A DNA stretch of 64,000 nucleotides from Abditibacteriaceae bacterium (GCA_965277285.1 OZ255721.1:288001-352000), one strand, 5' to 3'; numbered from the stretch's first letter, positions 23,001-33,429 are shown. Program-made: numbers and translations. The notes: generated from the sequence alone by a model not told the origin.

Positions 23001-23303
23001 GTGCCGCGATTCTGTCTTCGGATGGAAAAACGGTGTCGCAAAGACGCACAGAGACGCACAAACAATGTTGCACAACCGAAGAAAATCGCGGTTCACGGTA
23101 CGCGATTTTCAGTTGTTACTTTTCACTACCGAGAAAGGAGTGTGGCCCGGTCAAAACAAGGATGAGCTTTGCGGATTGAAGCCGAGAACGAGTACTCGAA
23201 TGTGCTCGTTTCGCGTTTCGCAGTTCCGCCTTCATTCTTCCACTGTCGGGCTTGACATGGCGTGGGGCCACAACGTCCCCGCCGCTGCTGAGGAGGCAGA
23301 ACA

Positions 23304-23870
23304 ATGCATCTGGTTATTGAAGGACGTGGCGGCGACTGGCACAAGCTCCAGGATTTGCCGGCCTTATACGAGTTGCTCGACACCTTGCCGGGCCGCATCA
23401 ACATGACGAAAATCATGCCGCCGATTGTGACGCGTTACGTCGGCGTGACGCCCGCCGATTGGGGCATTTCCGGTTTCGTCATGATCGCCGAATCGCACAT
23501 TTCGGTGCACACTTTCCCCGAAAAAGGCGAAGTCGCCATTGATGTCTTTTCCTGCAAAGAATTCGATCCGGCGAAAACCTGCGGGTTGCTGGCCGAAGCG
23601 TTTGGCCTGACCGAAGTCGAGACGTGCGTGTTGCGTCGCGGCCTGGAATACGGCAACGACACGACGATGCTGCCAACGCGTTTCGCGCACGAAGTGACGG
23701 CTCAAACGCCGGACATCACCAAGCCGGACAACTACGAAACCGATGCTGCTGCCAAAGCGCGCTACGATAACCCGTTTATCGAAAACGCCCTCGCCGGTTA
23801 CAATCCGAACGGCTACGAAGCCACAGCCATCGCCAAAAACGGCCAAGCTGTCCTCAACGGCACACACTGA
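23304..23870 (+). CDS. speD: S-adenosylmethionine decarboxylase proenzyme
   Basis: GISGFVMIAESHISVHTFPE (E-S autocleavage site), DVFSC; GAGGAG SD. Confidence 0.88.
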   Translation: MHLVIEGRGGDWHKLQDLPALYELLDTLPGRINMTKIMPPIVTRYVGVTPADWGISGFVMIAESHISVHTFPEKGEVAIDVFSCKEFDPAKTCGLLAEAFGLTEVETCVLRRGLEYGNDTTMLPTRFAHEVTAQTPDITKPDNYETDAAAKARYDNPFIENALAGYNPNGYEATAIAKNGQAVLNGTH

Positions 23871-23900
23871 CTTTGCAATATCGAATACTCGATGTGATAC

Positions 23901-23932
23901 AAAAGGCTTCCACGCAGTTGTGGAAGCCTTTT
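23901..23932 (+). terminator. Intrinsic terminator after speD
   Basis: aaaaggcttccac-gcagtt-gtggaagcctttt. Confidence 0.85.
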
Positions 23933-24024
23933 CTTATATTGCTGGATCACCACGTTTCTGGTTGCAAAACCGAGCGCGTCCGATGCCATTGTGGAAGCGG
24001 ATGAGTTTTCTCATAATTTAGAAA

Positions 24025-24426
24025 ATGAAACGCAAAGTCGCTGAACCAAAACAAGAACCTCCGTTTTTTGATGAGGATGGCACTTTCCACTTTCAGGCCG
24101 TTTCTTCGGATGCGCGCCTCGCGGTTCGCTTGAAGCCATTGCCCGAAAAGTTGGTTCGGTGGTGCGAGAGATTTGAGACCAATTGTCATTTCGATTGTTG
24201 CGGCTTGTATACCCTTGGGTTCAAGCCAGCAACTCAATGGGATAAACGGTGGGTTTACAATTCCCAAACGATGACGTTGCTTCAGTGCCTGCGAGATGAA
24301 GTGGAGTGCGCGCCAGGTGAAGTTCTGAACATTCCGAATTTCCAAGCAATGTTGTATAAAAACGACTTGCTGTTCTTGATAGATTATCTGCAAGAAGAAA
24401 TGCACAAAAGTGTCAAATGGCGCTAA
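24025..24426 (+). CDS. Hypothetical protein with C..DCCG motif
   Basis: 133 aa ORF, AT-richer. Confidence 0.6.
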   Translation: MKRKVAEPKQEPPFFDEDGTFHFQAVSSDARLAVRLKPLPEKLVRWCERFETNCHFDCCGLYTLGFKPATQWDKRWVYNSQTMTLLQCLRDEVECAPGEVLNIPNFQAMLYKNDLLFLIDYLQEEMHKSVKWR

Positions 24427-24520
24427 AAGTAAATCGAGTACTCGAAGGGCTGCGTTCTTTATCAAACGTGGCTTTTTGCTTAAATAAATAGCCAACATCA
24501 CTACTACAAGAAGGTTCAAG

Positions 24521-24808
24521 ATGGCAGAAAAAGAGAAAATCGAGCAGTTTGTTCGTTTACTGGATGAAATGATTTCGTCATTGCAGCTTATGCTGGATGA
24601 AGACCCTGAGGAAACTCGGGCTTCGAGTATGACTCGACGTTTCTTAAACAATTTCTTGGACACTCGCCAAGCGGCTTTGGAAGGTCGGTTGCATCCTTCA
24701 AAGGGCGGCGGAATGGGAGCAGGAAGAGCAATGAGTGAGTTCAATTATGATGAGCTTGGCCAATTAGCCAATAAAATAGACCTCTTTTATAAAATACAGT
24801 TGGCCTGA
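24521..24808 (+). CDS. Hypothetical protein
   Basis: 95 aa ORF, AT-richer. Confidence 0.6.
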   Translation: MAEKEKIEQFVRLLDEMISSLQLMLDEDPEETRASSMTRRFLNNFLDTRQAALEGRLHPSKGGGMGAGRAMSEFNYDELGQLANKIDLFYKIQLA

Positions 24809-24894
24809 TCTTCTCTAAAAGGCGCGTTCTTCATTGAACGTGGCCGTTTATTTTCAATGCGCAATCTGGCGAAAGTTTTTGTTAATCTTGAGGC

Positions 24895-25767
24895 ATGACA
24901 ACGGATTTGATTCTCGATACGGATATTGGCGACGATGTGGATGATGCGCTGGCGCTGGGCTTGATTTGCAATTCGCCCGAACTGAATTTGGTTGGCGTGA
25001 CGACGGTGTTTCGAGATGCGCTGCGTCGCGCGATTCTGGCGACCGAAGTTTTGCGATTGTTCGGGCGCGAAGAGGTCGCGGTTCACGCGGGAACGTCGCG
25101 GCCTTTGTTGCAACGTTGGGAAGATATTGCGCGCGGCGGCGAAAGCGTGGGCAAACAGTTTGAGGCGCTCGACCCGAAATTAAAGCCGCCAATCAGCGCG
25201 CACGCAGTAGATTTTCTGGCGCAAAAGATCATCGAGTACGCGAAACGCGGAGAAAGGTTGACTGTTGCGGCGATTGGGCCGTTGACCAACATCGCGTTAT
25301 TGTTCGCGCGCTATCCCGAAACAATTCCGTTGTGTCGCTTGTTGTTGATGGGCGGACGGTGGAGCGAAGGCTATGCGGAATGGAACATTTTATGCGATCC
25401 TGAAGCCGCCGCGATGGTGTTCCGTGCGGGTGCCGATTTGACAATGGTCGGGCTGGATGTGACGAATCGCTGCGTTTTGTCGGATGAACAAGTCGCACAA
25501 TTTCGAGCCTCGAACACGCCGCGCGCCACGTTTTTAGCCGATTTGATCGCGTTGTGGGATCACAAAGTCACGTTGCATGATCCTTTGACGGTTTTGACGT
25601 TGTGCGAAGAATGCGTGCGTTTTGAAACCAAACGCATCGAAGTCGGTTTGTGCCGCGAAAATCGCGGTTGGACGCAAATCGTCGAAGGCACAGTGAATTG
25701 CCGCGTCGCGGTTGATGTCGATGTGGAGAAAGCGGTTGCCAGTTTCATGGCGCGCATTCTACGATAG
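24895..25767 (+). CDS. Nucleoside hydrolase (IU-NH family)
   Basis: LDTDIGDDVDDALA, IGPLTNIA, AEWNILCDPEAA, LHDP. Confidence 0.93.
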   Translation: MTTDLILDTDIGDDVDDALALGLICNSPELNLVGVTTVFRDALRRAILATEVLRLFGREEVAVHAGTSRPLLQRWEDIARGGESVGKQFEALDPKLKPPISAHAVDFLAQKIIEYAKRGERLTVAAIGPLTNIALLFARYPETIPLCRLLLMGGRWSEGYAEWNILCDPEAAAMVFRAGADLTMVGLDVTNRCVLSDEQVAQFRASNTPRATFLADLIALWDHKVTLHDPLTVLTLCEECVRFETKRIEVGLCRENRGWTQIVEGTVNCRVAVDVDVEKAVASFMARILR

Positions 25768-25815
25768 CGATTGTTTGTTGGGCAGCGTTTGTGAAAGTTC
25801 GATCCATTGCAAGCC

Positions 25816-28647
25816 ATGAATAAAACATCTTCGACTCTATTTCAACGGGCGCGGCTTTGGCCGTTCGCCGTCCTGATTTTCTCCGCTTCCGCGATGCAAT
25901 GCGCGAACGCCGCACCGTTGTCGAATGCGACGGGAACAACAAATGCGTTGCATTGGCAACCGCTCGATGAGCCTGGCAGCGGCGGCGCGATGGTGGATAT
26001 CGCGGTTTCGCCGTGGGATTCCAGGCGCGTGCTGGTCGCGGGCGATATGCTGGGCGTTGGGCTTTCCACCGATCGCGGCGATTCGTGGCAGGCGACAAGC
26101 GGTTTCAAGACGTGGGAAATGGCGTCCTTTACGTGGCATCCGACTCGCCAAAACGAAGTGTGGGTTGGTTCGATGAGCGGGCCGTATCAATCGCTGGATG
26201 GCGGCAAAACCTGGAATCAAAAGCGCGTTGGGATGCCCACGCCCGCCAGTTTCGGCTATTCGGTGCCGATTGAAAAGGTGATTTTCGATCCTAAGAACAG
26301 CGCGCATTTGCTGGCGCTTGGCGGTTCGAGCCGTCACTGGGATTTCACTGGCAACCCGTTGCGCGGCGTCATTTGGGAATCGAAAAACGACGGCGAAAGT
26401 TGGACGCGTCTGGTCACGATCACGGCGACGGGAACCAGCGCGACCGAAGACAAAGGCGAAAATATCTTGTGGGCGAGCTTTGCGCCGCAATCGAGTACTC
26501 GATTGTATGCTCTGACCGACAACGCGTTCTGGATTTCCCTCGATGGCGGAAAAAGCTGGCGCCAAAGCATGAAGGGCTTGCCCACAGCGACCTTGGAACG
26601 CGTCGCTTTGCACCCGACAAACCCGAATATCTTGTGGATGTCGGTCTACAGTTTCATCGCGCCTGGCGCCAAAACTCGCACGCCAGGCGGCGTCTACAAA
26701 AGCGTGGACGGCGGCCAAACCTGGAAGAACCATTCCCAGGGTTTGGCGCAAATCGTTCACGTCGACGACTTCAACCTGACTTCGTATTACCGCGCGATAG
26801 TGGTCGCGCCTTCCAATCCGAACGTGCTTTATACCAACGATGTGTCGTGGTCAAACGGCACGTCCTACAAAAGCGAAGACGGCGGCGCGACCTGGAAAGC
26901 GGTCGTCTCCAAGAGCAACATCGGCATTGCAAACGAAGACGCGGCCAAGCGTTCAGTTTTTCAACTCGATACGGCGTGTCCATCTGGTCTGGGGCTGGCG
27001 GGAATCACAATTGATCCGCGCGATGCGAATGCGTCATACGGCTTCGGCACGGAAACCATCGCGCGTTCGCTGGATGGTGGCAAAACCTGGAATGATGCGA
27101 CGGCGCAGAAAGTCGGCAATGTGTTCGGCAAGGCGTGGCGTGGTCGCGGTTTCGCGGGCTGGGTTTCGACCAATTTTCGTTTCAATCCGTATCGCAAAGG
27201 TCAGAGCATCTGGCAGGCGATGGACGCTGGGCGCCTGTGGATTTCCGACGATGACTTGAAATCCTGGACGCGCCAATTGAGCGAACCCGACGCGTGGAAC
27301 GGCGGGCGCGATGTGGCTTTCACGCGCGATGGAACGATCTACGCGACAACCGGAACTTACAATTTTACTGGCGTCGCGCGTTCCCGTGACGGCGGCGCAA
27401 CCTGGACAGTTTTGCATGGCAAAGCGCGCAATCTGCCCGAATTTTATAGCGGCAGCGCGCCCGGCGGCATTTATGCGCAGCCCGACAACAGCAAGAAAGT
27501 ATGGGTTTGCGTCAATGGCGCGTTGATGGGCAGCGCAGACGGCGGCGAAACCTGGAATCGAGTACTCGATAAGCCCAGTTTGATGTGGATGGCGAGCGAC
27601 CCGAAAAAACCCTCGCGTTTTTATGTAGCGGGCGACCGCAACATTTACATGACCGACGACGGCCAGAACTTCACGGCGATTGGCGGGCCGCACACGCACG
27701 ATGTCAACATGACAGTGGACAATCGCGGGCGCTTGCTGGTGAGTGCGACCAACAGCGAGCGCAACGGTTTGTGGCGCTATGACGCGACTTTGCCCGAAGC
27801 CGCGCGCTGGACACGACTCAGCGACGAAAGCACGATGGGCGGCGTGGCCGTTGATCCGACGAACCCGAATCGTGTCGTGTTTTCGACCAATCAGAACCCG
27901 TTCACGGAAGTTTCTGCCGCGACTGGAGTCTGGTTCAGCAGCAATGGCGGCCAAAGCTGGAGTCAGCAGAACGACGGTCTGGGAATGCTGCGCGGCAACG
28001 TCCTGGCGTTCGATCCATTTAATCCCGAACGCATTGTTTTCGGCACGTATGGACGCGGCTTTTTTCAAACGACGTGGCCGGCAATCAAGAGCTTAAACGG
28101 TGCGCGCGCATACGTTTCCACCCGCAATGACGCGCAGTTTGCGACCGTGCGTTTTTCCAGTGCGCCGCAGATTGCGCTCGACAACGGCGACATGGAAAAA
28201 GGCGCCGCTCTTCCCGAAGGTTGGAGCAAGCAATGGGTTGGGCACGGCGACATCCAGGTTTCGCGCGACACAGCGGTTTTTCATGGCGGGCAGGCTTCGC
28301 TGCATGTTGAAAGCGTGGGCGACAGCATGGGACAGGCGGCGCGCCTGATGGACGGCGCAAGTGGCAGCCAATTCACGTTGTCTGGCTGGGTGAAAAGCGC
28401 CGGTTCCGCCAAAGTCAACGTTTATGTGCAGTCGTTTAACGGCAATTGGAATCCGGTTGCGGACAACAGTTTTCAGCAGGCCGCTTTTGTGGCGAACACC
28501 ACAGATTGGACGCCTTTCGAGAAGACGATTGTTTTGCCCGCGGGCGTGGCGCATTTCGGCGTCGGCCTGCTGCTGGATGGAAACGGCGAAGCCTGGCTCG
28601 ATGATGTCAAAATCACCAATCTAAAACTGCCGAAAGGCGAATCGTAA
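25816..28647 (+). CDS. Secreted BNR/Asp-box beta-propeller protein (GH74-like) with a C-terminal CBM4/9-like module
   Basis: Signal peptide; many S.DGG.TW repeats; NGDME...WLDDV C-terminal domain. Confidence 0.8.
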   Translation: MNKTSSTLFQRARLWPFAVLIFSASAMQCANAAPLSNATGTTNALHWQPLDEPGSGGAMVDIAVSPWDSRRVLVAGDMLGVGLSTDRGDSWQATSGFKTWEMASFTWHPTRQNEVWVGSMSGPYQSLDGGKTWNQKRVGMPTPASFGYSVPIEKVIFDPKNSAHLLALGGSSRHWDFTGNPLRGVIWESKNDGESWTRLVTITATGTSATEDKGENILWASFAPQSSTRLYALTDNAFWISLDGGKSWRQSMKGLPTATLERVALHPTNPNILWMSVYSFIAPGAKTRTPGGVYKSVDGGQTWKNHSQGLAQIVHVDDFNLTSYYRAIVVAPSNPNVLYTNDVSWSNGTSYKSEDGGATWKAVVSKSNIGIANEDAAKRSVFQLDTACPSGLGLAGITIDPRDANASYGFGTETIARSLDGGKTWNDATAQKVGNVFGKAWRGRGFAGWVSTNFRFNPYRKGQSIWQAMDAGRLWISDDDLKSWTRQLSEPDAWNGGRDVAFTRDGTIYATTGTYNFTGVARSRDGGATWTVLHGKARNLPEFYSGSAPGGIYAQPDNSKKVWVCVNGALMGSADGGETWNRVLDKPSLMWMASDPKKPSRFYVAGDRNIYMTDDGQNFTAIGGPHTHDVNMTVDNRGRLLVSATNSERNGLWRYDATLPEAARWTRLSDESTMGGVAVDPTNPNRVVFSTNQNPFTEVSAATGVWFSSNGGQSWSQQNDGLGMLRGNVLAFDPFNPERIVFGTYGRGFFQTTWPAIKSLNGARAYVSTRNDAQFATVRFSSAPQIALDNGDMEKGAALPEGWSKQWVGHGDIQVSRDTAVFHGGQASLHVESVGDSMGQAARLMDGASGSQFTLSGWVKSAGSAKVNVYVQSFNGNWNPVADNSFQQAAFVANTTDWTPFEKTIVLPAGVAHFGVGLLLDGNGEAWLDDVKITNLKLPKGES

Positions 28648-28714
28648 TCTGATCAAACCATGTAGTATGCGCAGCCGCCGCTTTTGAGAAAAGTGTGCAA
28701 AACCGGTGGCATGG

Positions 28715-28930
28715 GTTTTCGAGTGTCCGCCCCTGAAGGAGCGAGCTAAAAGAAGCAAGACCGATAAAACGGCCTCTCCTGCCGCATAGAATGTCACCAT
28801 AGAGACGATGAATGCACGAGTGAAACGAGCTGCGTCGTGGTGTCTCCTGCCTCATAAAATGTCGCCGTAGAGTCCCATTTATGGGACTTTGTCCCTTAGT
28901 CCGCTCCTTCAGGGGCGGGCACTCGAAAAC
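28715..28930. mobile_element. MITE/REPIN-like element: 29-bp terminal inverted repeats and an internal 30-bp direct repeat
   Basis: gttttcgagtgtccgcccctgaaggagcg ... cgctccttcaggggcgggcactcgaaaac; inner tctcctgccgcatagaatgtcaccatagag / tctcctgcctcataaaatgtcgccgtagag. Confidence 0.55.
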
Positions 28931-29062
28931 TCGCGCCAAAGGTGTACAAACCCATTTTCTTGTACAATCGAGTACTCGAAAGGACAATTTCGCGGTTCCG
29001 GTTCCATTGTTCCAGTTCCGCATGGTGATTGTCCGAAAAAGCCAAAAGGAACGAACGAAAGC

Positions 29063-29704
29063 ATGGCTACTCCCATTCCCTTTACCGATAACTACAACGA
29101 CCTTTCCACAGATCGCGGTTTTCAATTTCGTTTCAATTGCGAGCGTTGCGGCAACGGATATATGTCGTCTTTTCAGCCTAATGCGATTGGCATGGCGGGC
29201 GATGCGATGCGCGCTGCCGGAAATTTGCTGGGCGGTTTTTTGGGACGCGCCGCCGACTCCGCGTTTGATGTGCAGCGCATGGTTGGCGGCCCGCAACACG
29301 ATGCGGCGCTGCGACACGCGGTGGAAGAAATCAGTCCTTTGTTCAGTCAGTGCCAGCGTTGCGGACAGTGGGTTTGCGAGCAAGTCTGCTGGAACACCGC
29401 GCGCCATCAATGCGTGCAATGTTCGCCCAAGATGGATCAGGAAGTCGCGGCCATCGAAAGTCAGGGCACGATTTATCAACTGCGTCAGCAATCGTATTCC
29501 GGCCAGGACATGAAAGGCGACATCGAACTGAAGCCTTCGCTGACGCATCGCCAATGCTATCAATGCCACGCCGAAGTTCCCGCCAGCCAGAAGTTCTGCG
29601 GCGAGTGCGGCGCCAACACCCTCGATAAACCCAAATGCTCATCGTGCGGGCATGAAAACGAATTTGGCACCAAGTTCTGCGGCGAATGCGGCACCCGATT
29701 GTAA
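29063..29704 (+). CDS. Double zinc-ribbon domain protein
   Basis: MATPIPFTDN start; multiple CxxC pairs; KFCGECG repeats. Confidence 0.85.
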   Translation: MATPIPFTDNYNDLSTDRGFQFRFNCERCGNGYMSSFQPNAIGMAGDAMRAAGNLLGGFLGRAADSAFDVQRMVGGPQHDAALRHAVEEISPLFSQCQRCGQWVCEQVCWNTARHQCVQCSPKMDQEVAAIESQGTIYQLRQQSYSGQDMKGDIELKPSLTHRQCYQCHAEVPASQKFCGECGANTLDKPKCSSCGHENEFGTKFCGECGTRL

Positions 29705-29804
29705 TCGCGCTCCTGTCAAAAACAGCGCATATCGAGTACTCGAATGTCGAACATTGCGCCTGAAATTACAAAAGTCGGTACTGGTTCAATTGAGTGAGTT
29801 AATT

Positions 29805-29893
29805 GAAAGAACCCCGAGCGTCAGCGACGGGTGAAACGTAAAAGTTTCATGCATCCGTTACGTTCACCCGTCGCTGACGCTCGGGGTTCTTTC
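29805..29893. repeat. REP-like hairpin, GAACCCCGAGCGTCAGCGA family
   Basis: 31-bp perfect arms; related copies at 47529-47612 and 57028-57100. Confidence 0.88.
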
Positions 29894-29946
29894 TTGATAG
29901 TCCGGTTTCTCTCTCCACCAAAGCCACTATCTTCCAAAGGAACATC

Positions 29947-30717
29947 ATGCAATTCATCGAAAACGAAGTGAAGGAAATCGGGCGCGGCGTGTGGATTCGC
30001 GTCGCGGTCGACAACATCAGTTGGTGTAGCCTGGGCGATTGCGCGGCTGTCATCGACGCGTTGGAAGACCCGACGCAAGCTGATGTGGTGCGCGACTTGA
30101 TCCGGCAAACGACAGGTCAGGATTTGAAATATGTGGTGACGACGCACTGGGACGCCGATCACATCGCCTGCAATCCGCAATGGAAACGCGAAGGCGCGGT
30201 CGTCATCGCGCACCAATCGAACGCCGATAGCGCGGGCGATTGGGAAGGTCGCCCGAACCTCACTTATCCCGACAGCGCGACCTTGCGCGGCGCAGGCGAT
30301 GAAACTATCGAAATGCAATGGATGGGCGGCACGCACACGCCTTGGGACACCGTTGTGTATTTCCCGCACGCCAAAGTGCTGCACGTCGCCGACTTGTTCG
30401 GCTGGGGCCTGATTCCGTGTCGCCCGACGCCGGAAAAAGCCGCGCGTTTGAAGGAAATCCTCAATCGAGTACTCGAATACGATGCGCAAGCCGTCATTTG
30501 TGGGCACGGGCCAGTGTGCACGCTCGATCACATCCGTCGCTTTGTAAGCTATTTCAACGACTTGCTGGAACGCGTTCCGACTTTGGCCAAAGAAGGCAAG
30601 ACCAACGAAGAAATCGAAGCTCTGGTTCCGCCGCCAGCGGACATGGAAGATTGGTGGCGTTTCACCACTTGGAAGCACCAGAAAAACCTCGAAATGCTGA
30701 TCGAAGACGCAACGTGA
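29947..30717 (+). CDS. MBL-fold metallo-hydrolase
   Basis: THWDADH, GTHT, ADL, GHG motifs. Confidence 0.88.
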   Translation: MQFIENEVKEIGRGVWIRVAVDNISWCSLGDCAAVIDALEDPTQADVVRDLIRQTTGQDLKYVVTTHWDADHIACNPQWKREGAVVIAHQSNADSAGDWEGRPNLTYPDSATLRGAGDETIEMQWMGGTHTPWDTVVYFPHAKVLHVADLFGWGLIPCRPTPEKAARLKEILNRVLEYDAQAVICGHGPVCTLDHIRRFVSYFNDLLERVPTLAKEGKTNEEIEALVPPPADMEDWWRFTTWKHQKNLEMLIEDAT

Positions 30718-30740
30718 AAAGGTTCTCTTCGAGGTGAAAA

Positions 30741-32288
30741 TTGAGTCCTGAAGCTGTTGTTATTACGTCGCTTGTGGTAGCCGAATTCGCGCGCGAGCTT
30801 TATGTCGTAAACGTTTTGCCCAAGCGTGCGAACCGTGCTTTGGCACGACACGAAAAGAAAAAAGCGCGGCGTTTGTGGCTGGCGGTTTCGCGTTCGCAGA
30901 CGCTTTTTATTAACGATGCCAAAACCAGGCGTATGCGCCATGTTGTGGCGCGCTTCAATCTGGCGTTTTTGTTGATGCAGGATTTTCGTTATGACGAAGC
31001 GATCTGCGAGTTTGAAGCGCTCATTCCCGCCTCGATTTCGGTGCCGTCATTTGAAGCGGAAATTCATCTGAAACTCGCGGATTGCTTTGAAGCCAAGAAA
31101 AACTCGTGGCGGGCCAGTGAAGAACGCGAAACAGCCAGATTTTGTCTTGAAAAACCGTTTGCGGTTCAAAGGGATAGTCATGATGTCGCCAAAGCGTCGG
31201 CGCGAGCAACCATTGCAAAACAAGAATATCGCGTCGATGATGAACTTGTTGCTTTAGAAGAGGCGCTTCGTTTAGCCGAACAATCTCTTGAAAGGCGTCA
31301 GGCGCCGGTCACTCAAGACCAGCATTTGTTGTTGCTGTCGAAATTGGCTCGTGCTTATTATCATCAAGGCCAACAAACCAAAGCGTTGCAGTGCGCGGAA
31401 AAAGGATTGCAACTTTCTGATGGCAAGTGGAGCGGGCAACATTTGCTACACAGCATCACGGGCAATCTTTATGCTGGGCAAGGTCAACTGGACAAGGCTT
31501 ATGAACAGCGTTTATTGTTGTTGAAATTGCAAGAGTCACGGCGAGATGCAGCGGGAATCGTCAAAGCGAAAGCCGAACTTTCGGTTGTTGCGGTAAGAAT
31601 GGGACGGTTTGCCCAAGCCGAAAGCGTAGCGCAAGAAGCGTTATCTCATCGCACCGAATGGGATCGTCTGGCTTTGGCTTCTCTGGGGCTGTCTTATTTC
31701 ATTCGCGGCGACATAACTCATCTGCGCGCCACACGCGAGCAGTTGCGCACAGCCAATCGTGTCTGGCAACCGCGCTCGGAAGAGTACGCAAACGCCCTTT
31801 TTACGTTGGAAGATTCTCGCGTGAAATCGCGTTACGGCGATGCGAGCGAAGCTGTAAAGCTGGCTGAAACTGCTCTCACCGAATTGGAGAGACATAAAAG
31901 ATTGAAATTGCGCGCTCAAGCTGCTTTGTCTTGGGCTTTGGCGTGCGCGAATCGAAGCGATGAATCGCAAGCGGCGCGGCTTCTGGTTCAACAGCAGTTG
32001 GCGGATTTTTCCGATGATCGCTTGTTGCAGTTCATTTGTCACACCGATTTAGCGCGTTCGTGCGTGGCCTTGAAAAAGTGGGATGAGGCACGCGAACACT
32101 GGCAACAATGCTTGGCTTTGGAACCCGATCCGTGTTCTTTGCCCAACGTGTTTTACGGTTTGGGCGAATGCGAAGAAGCCCTCGGCCATCTGAAAAAAGC
32201 GCGTTCGTGGTGGCAGCGCGCCGTCGATGTGCCAATCGAAGACACTTTCGATGCAGGTCAAGCGCGCACCAAACTCGCGGCCATTTGA
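30741..32288 (+). CDS. Tetratricopeptide repeat protein
   Basis: Repeated TPR-like helices (LARAYYHQG, YGLGECEEALG); TTG start is uncertain. Confidence 0.75.
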   Translation: MSPEAVVITSLVVAEFARELYVVNVLPKRANRALARHEKKKARRLWLAVSRSQTLFINDAKTRRMRHVVARFNLAFLLMQDFRYDEAICEFEALIPASISVPSFEAEIHLKLADCFEAKKNSWRASEERETARFCLEKPFAVQRDSHDVAKASARATIAKQEYRVDDELVALEEALRLAEQSLERRQAPVTQDQHLLLLSKLARAYYHQGQQTKALQCAEKGLQLSDGKWSGQHLLHSITGNLYAGQGQLDKAYEQRLLLLKLQESRRDAAGIVKAKAELSVVAVRMGRFAQAESVAQEALSHRTEWDRLALASLGLSYFIRGDITHLRATREQLRTANRVWQPRSEEYANALFTLEDSRVKSRYGDASEAVKLAETALTELERHKRLKLRAQAALSWALACANRSDESQAARLLVQQQLADFSDDRLLQFICHTDLARSCVALKKWDEAREHWQQCLALEPDPCSLPNVFYGLGECEEALGHLKKARSWWQRAVDVPIEDTFDAGQARTKLAAI

Positions 32289-32364
32289 AACGCAAATGGA
32301 GCAATGCTCTGCAACAAAATCCTTATTCGTCAAAGTGAACCGTCAACACTTTCGCGGCGACATT

Positions 32365-33384
32365 TTACATCGAGTACTCGATAAATTTATCGTTGGTGCG
32401 TTCGCTCAATAACTTCAATAACGCTGGTTCAATTTGGCGCCGGATGTTTGCGTTTGCATAACCGATCCACGAAATTGGCGAATGAACATCAAGTGGCGCG
32501 CGCAAAGGTTCTCCGTGTTCATCGGTGACTATAACGCCACATTCGCGCGCGATCAGTTCGGTGCAAATGTCATACGGATGGCAGCACATTCGCGTGCTCG
32601 CTCCGCCATGCAAAACGCTGTGCGCCAAAGGTCGCAAATCGGCGTTGAAGCGGTCGCGCCCCGTTGTCAATTCAACTAATTGGCCGCCCGTCGAAATATA
32701 TTGGTCGTCGAAAGTTTGCGGCTGGCCGTCGCGCGGCGCGCCCAAAACTTGAATCAATAATTCTTCTTCCAGGTTCGCCAGCCAGCCTTTGCTGCCCGGG
32801 AAAAACTTGGCAAAACTGGCGAAACCGCCTTCGATGGTGTGGGATGTCGAAGGTTGCGGCGCGAAAACTCGCGTTTCTTTGGTTGCAAAATTGAAGGTTT
32901 CGCCGTGCGCGCCTTGTGCGCGAATCGCCCAAAGTTGATCGGACAGTAGGGCGCGCGACGTTGTCAATTCGGTTTGAACCGCGATTTCGATGTGCGACAA
33001 ATCCGTATCATCGCCCAAGTTCGGCGCGATTCCGGTCAGCACCCACGCCGATCTTTTGTCGTACATCAAAGGTCGCGTGCCGTCAATCGGGTCGCAAATT
33101 AGGATAAATTGCGCTTGCGAAATGTCGTTGCAGCCAAACAATTGGCGTCCATTTGACAAACCTTCGGCCACCAGGAGAAACGGCGTTTCGCGCGACCAGC
33201 GTTCGCAAAACGGCAGCAGAATTTCGTCGGCGTGCAGATCAATCGCGTAAATCGTGTCGCCGCCTTGAAAGTGCGCCTCACGCGACATCTCCGCGATTCG
33301 AGTACTCGATTGGTGCGCATATAAGCTGTCGCGCATGGCAACGTGCAGTTCGCGCAATTTCGTCAAAAGGTGTTCTGTTTTCAT
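32365..33384 (-). CDS. Inositol monophosphatase-family phosphatase
   Basis: AEG, CDPIDGT, HPYD motifs; the last codons (IEYSM) are encoded by the palindrome. Confidence 0.85.
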   Translation of the reverse strand: MKTEHLLTKLRELHVAMRDSLYAHQSSTRIAEMSREAHFQGGDTIYAIDLHADEILLPFCERWSRETPFLLVAEGLSNGRQLFGCNDISQAQFILICDPIDGTRPLMYDKRSAWVLTGIAPNLGDDTDLSHIEIAVQTELTTSRALLSDQLWAIRAQGAHGETFNFATKETRVFAPQPSTSHTIEGGFASFAKFFPGSKGWLANLEEELLIQVLGAPRDGQPQTFDDQYISTGGQLVELTTGRDRFNADLRPLAHSVLHGGASTRMCCHPYDICTELIARECGVIVTDEHGEPLRAPLDVHSPISWIGYANANIRRQIEPALLKLLSERTNDKFIEYSM

Positions 33385-33429
33385 AGTGATATGTTGTGGC
33401 AGTGATTGAGATTAAATGACATCCAAGTC

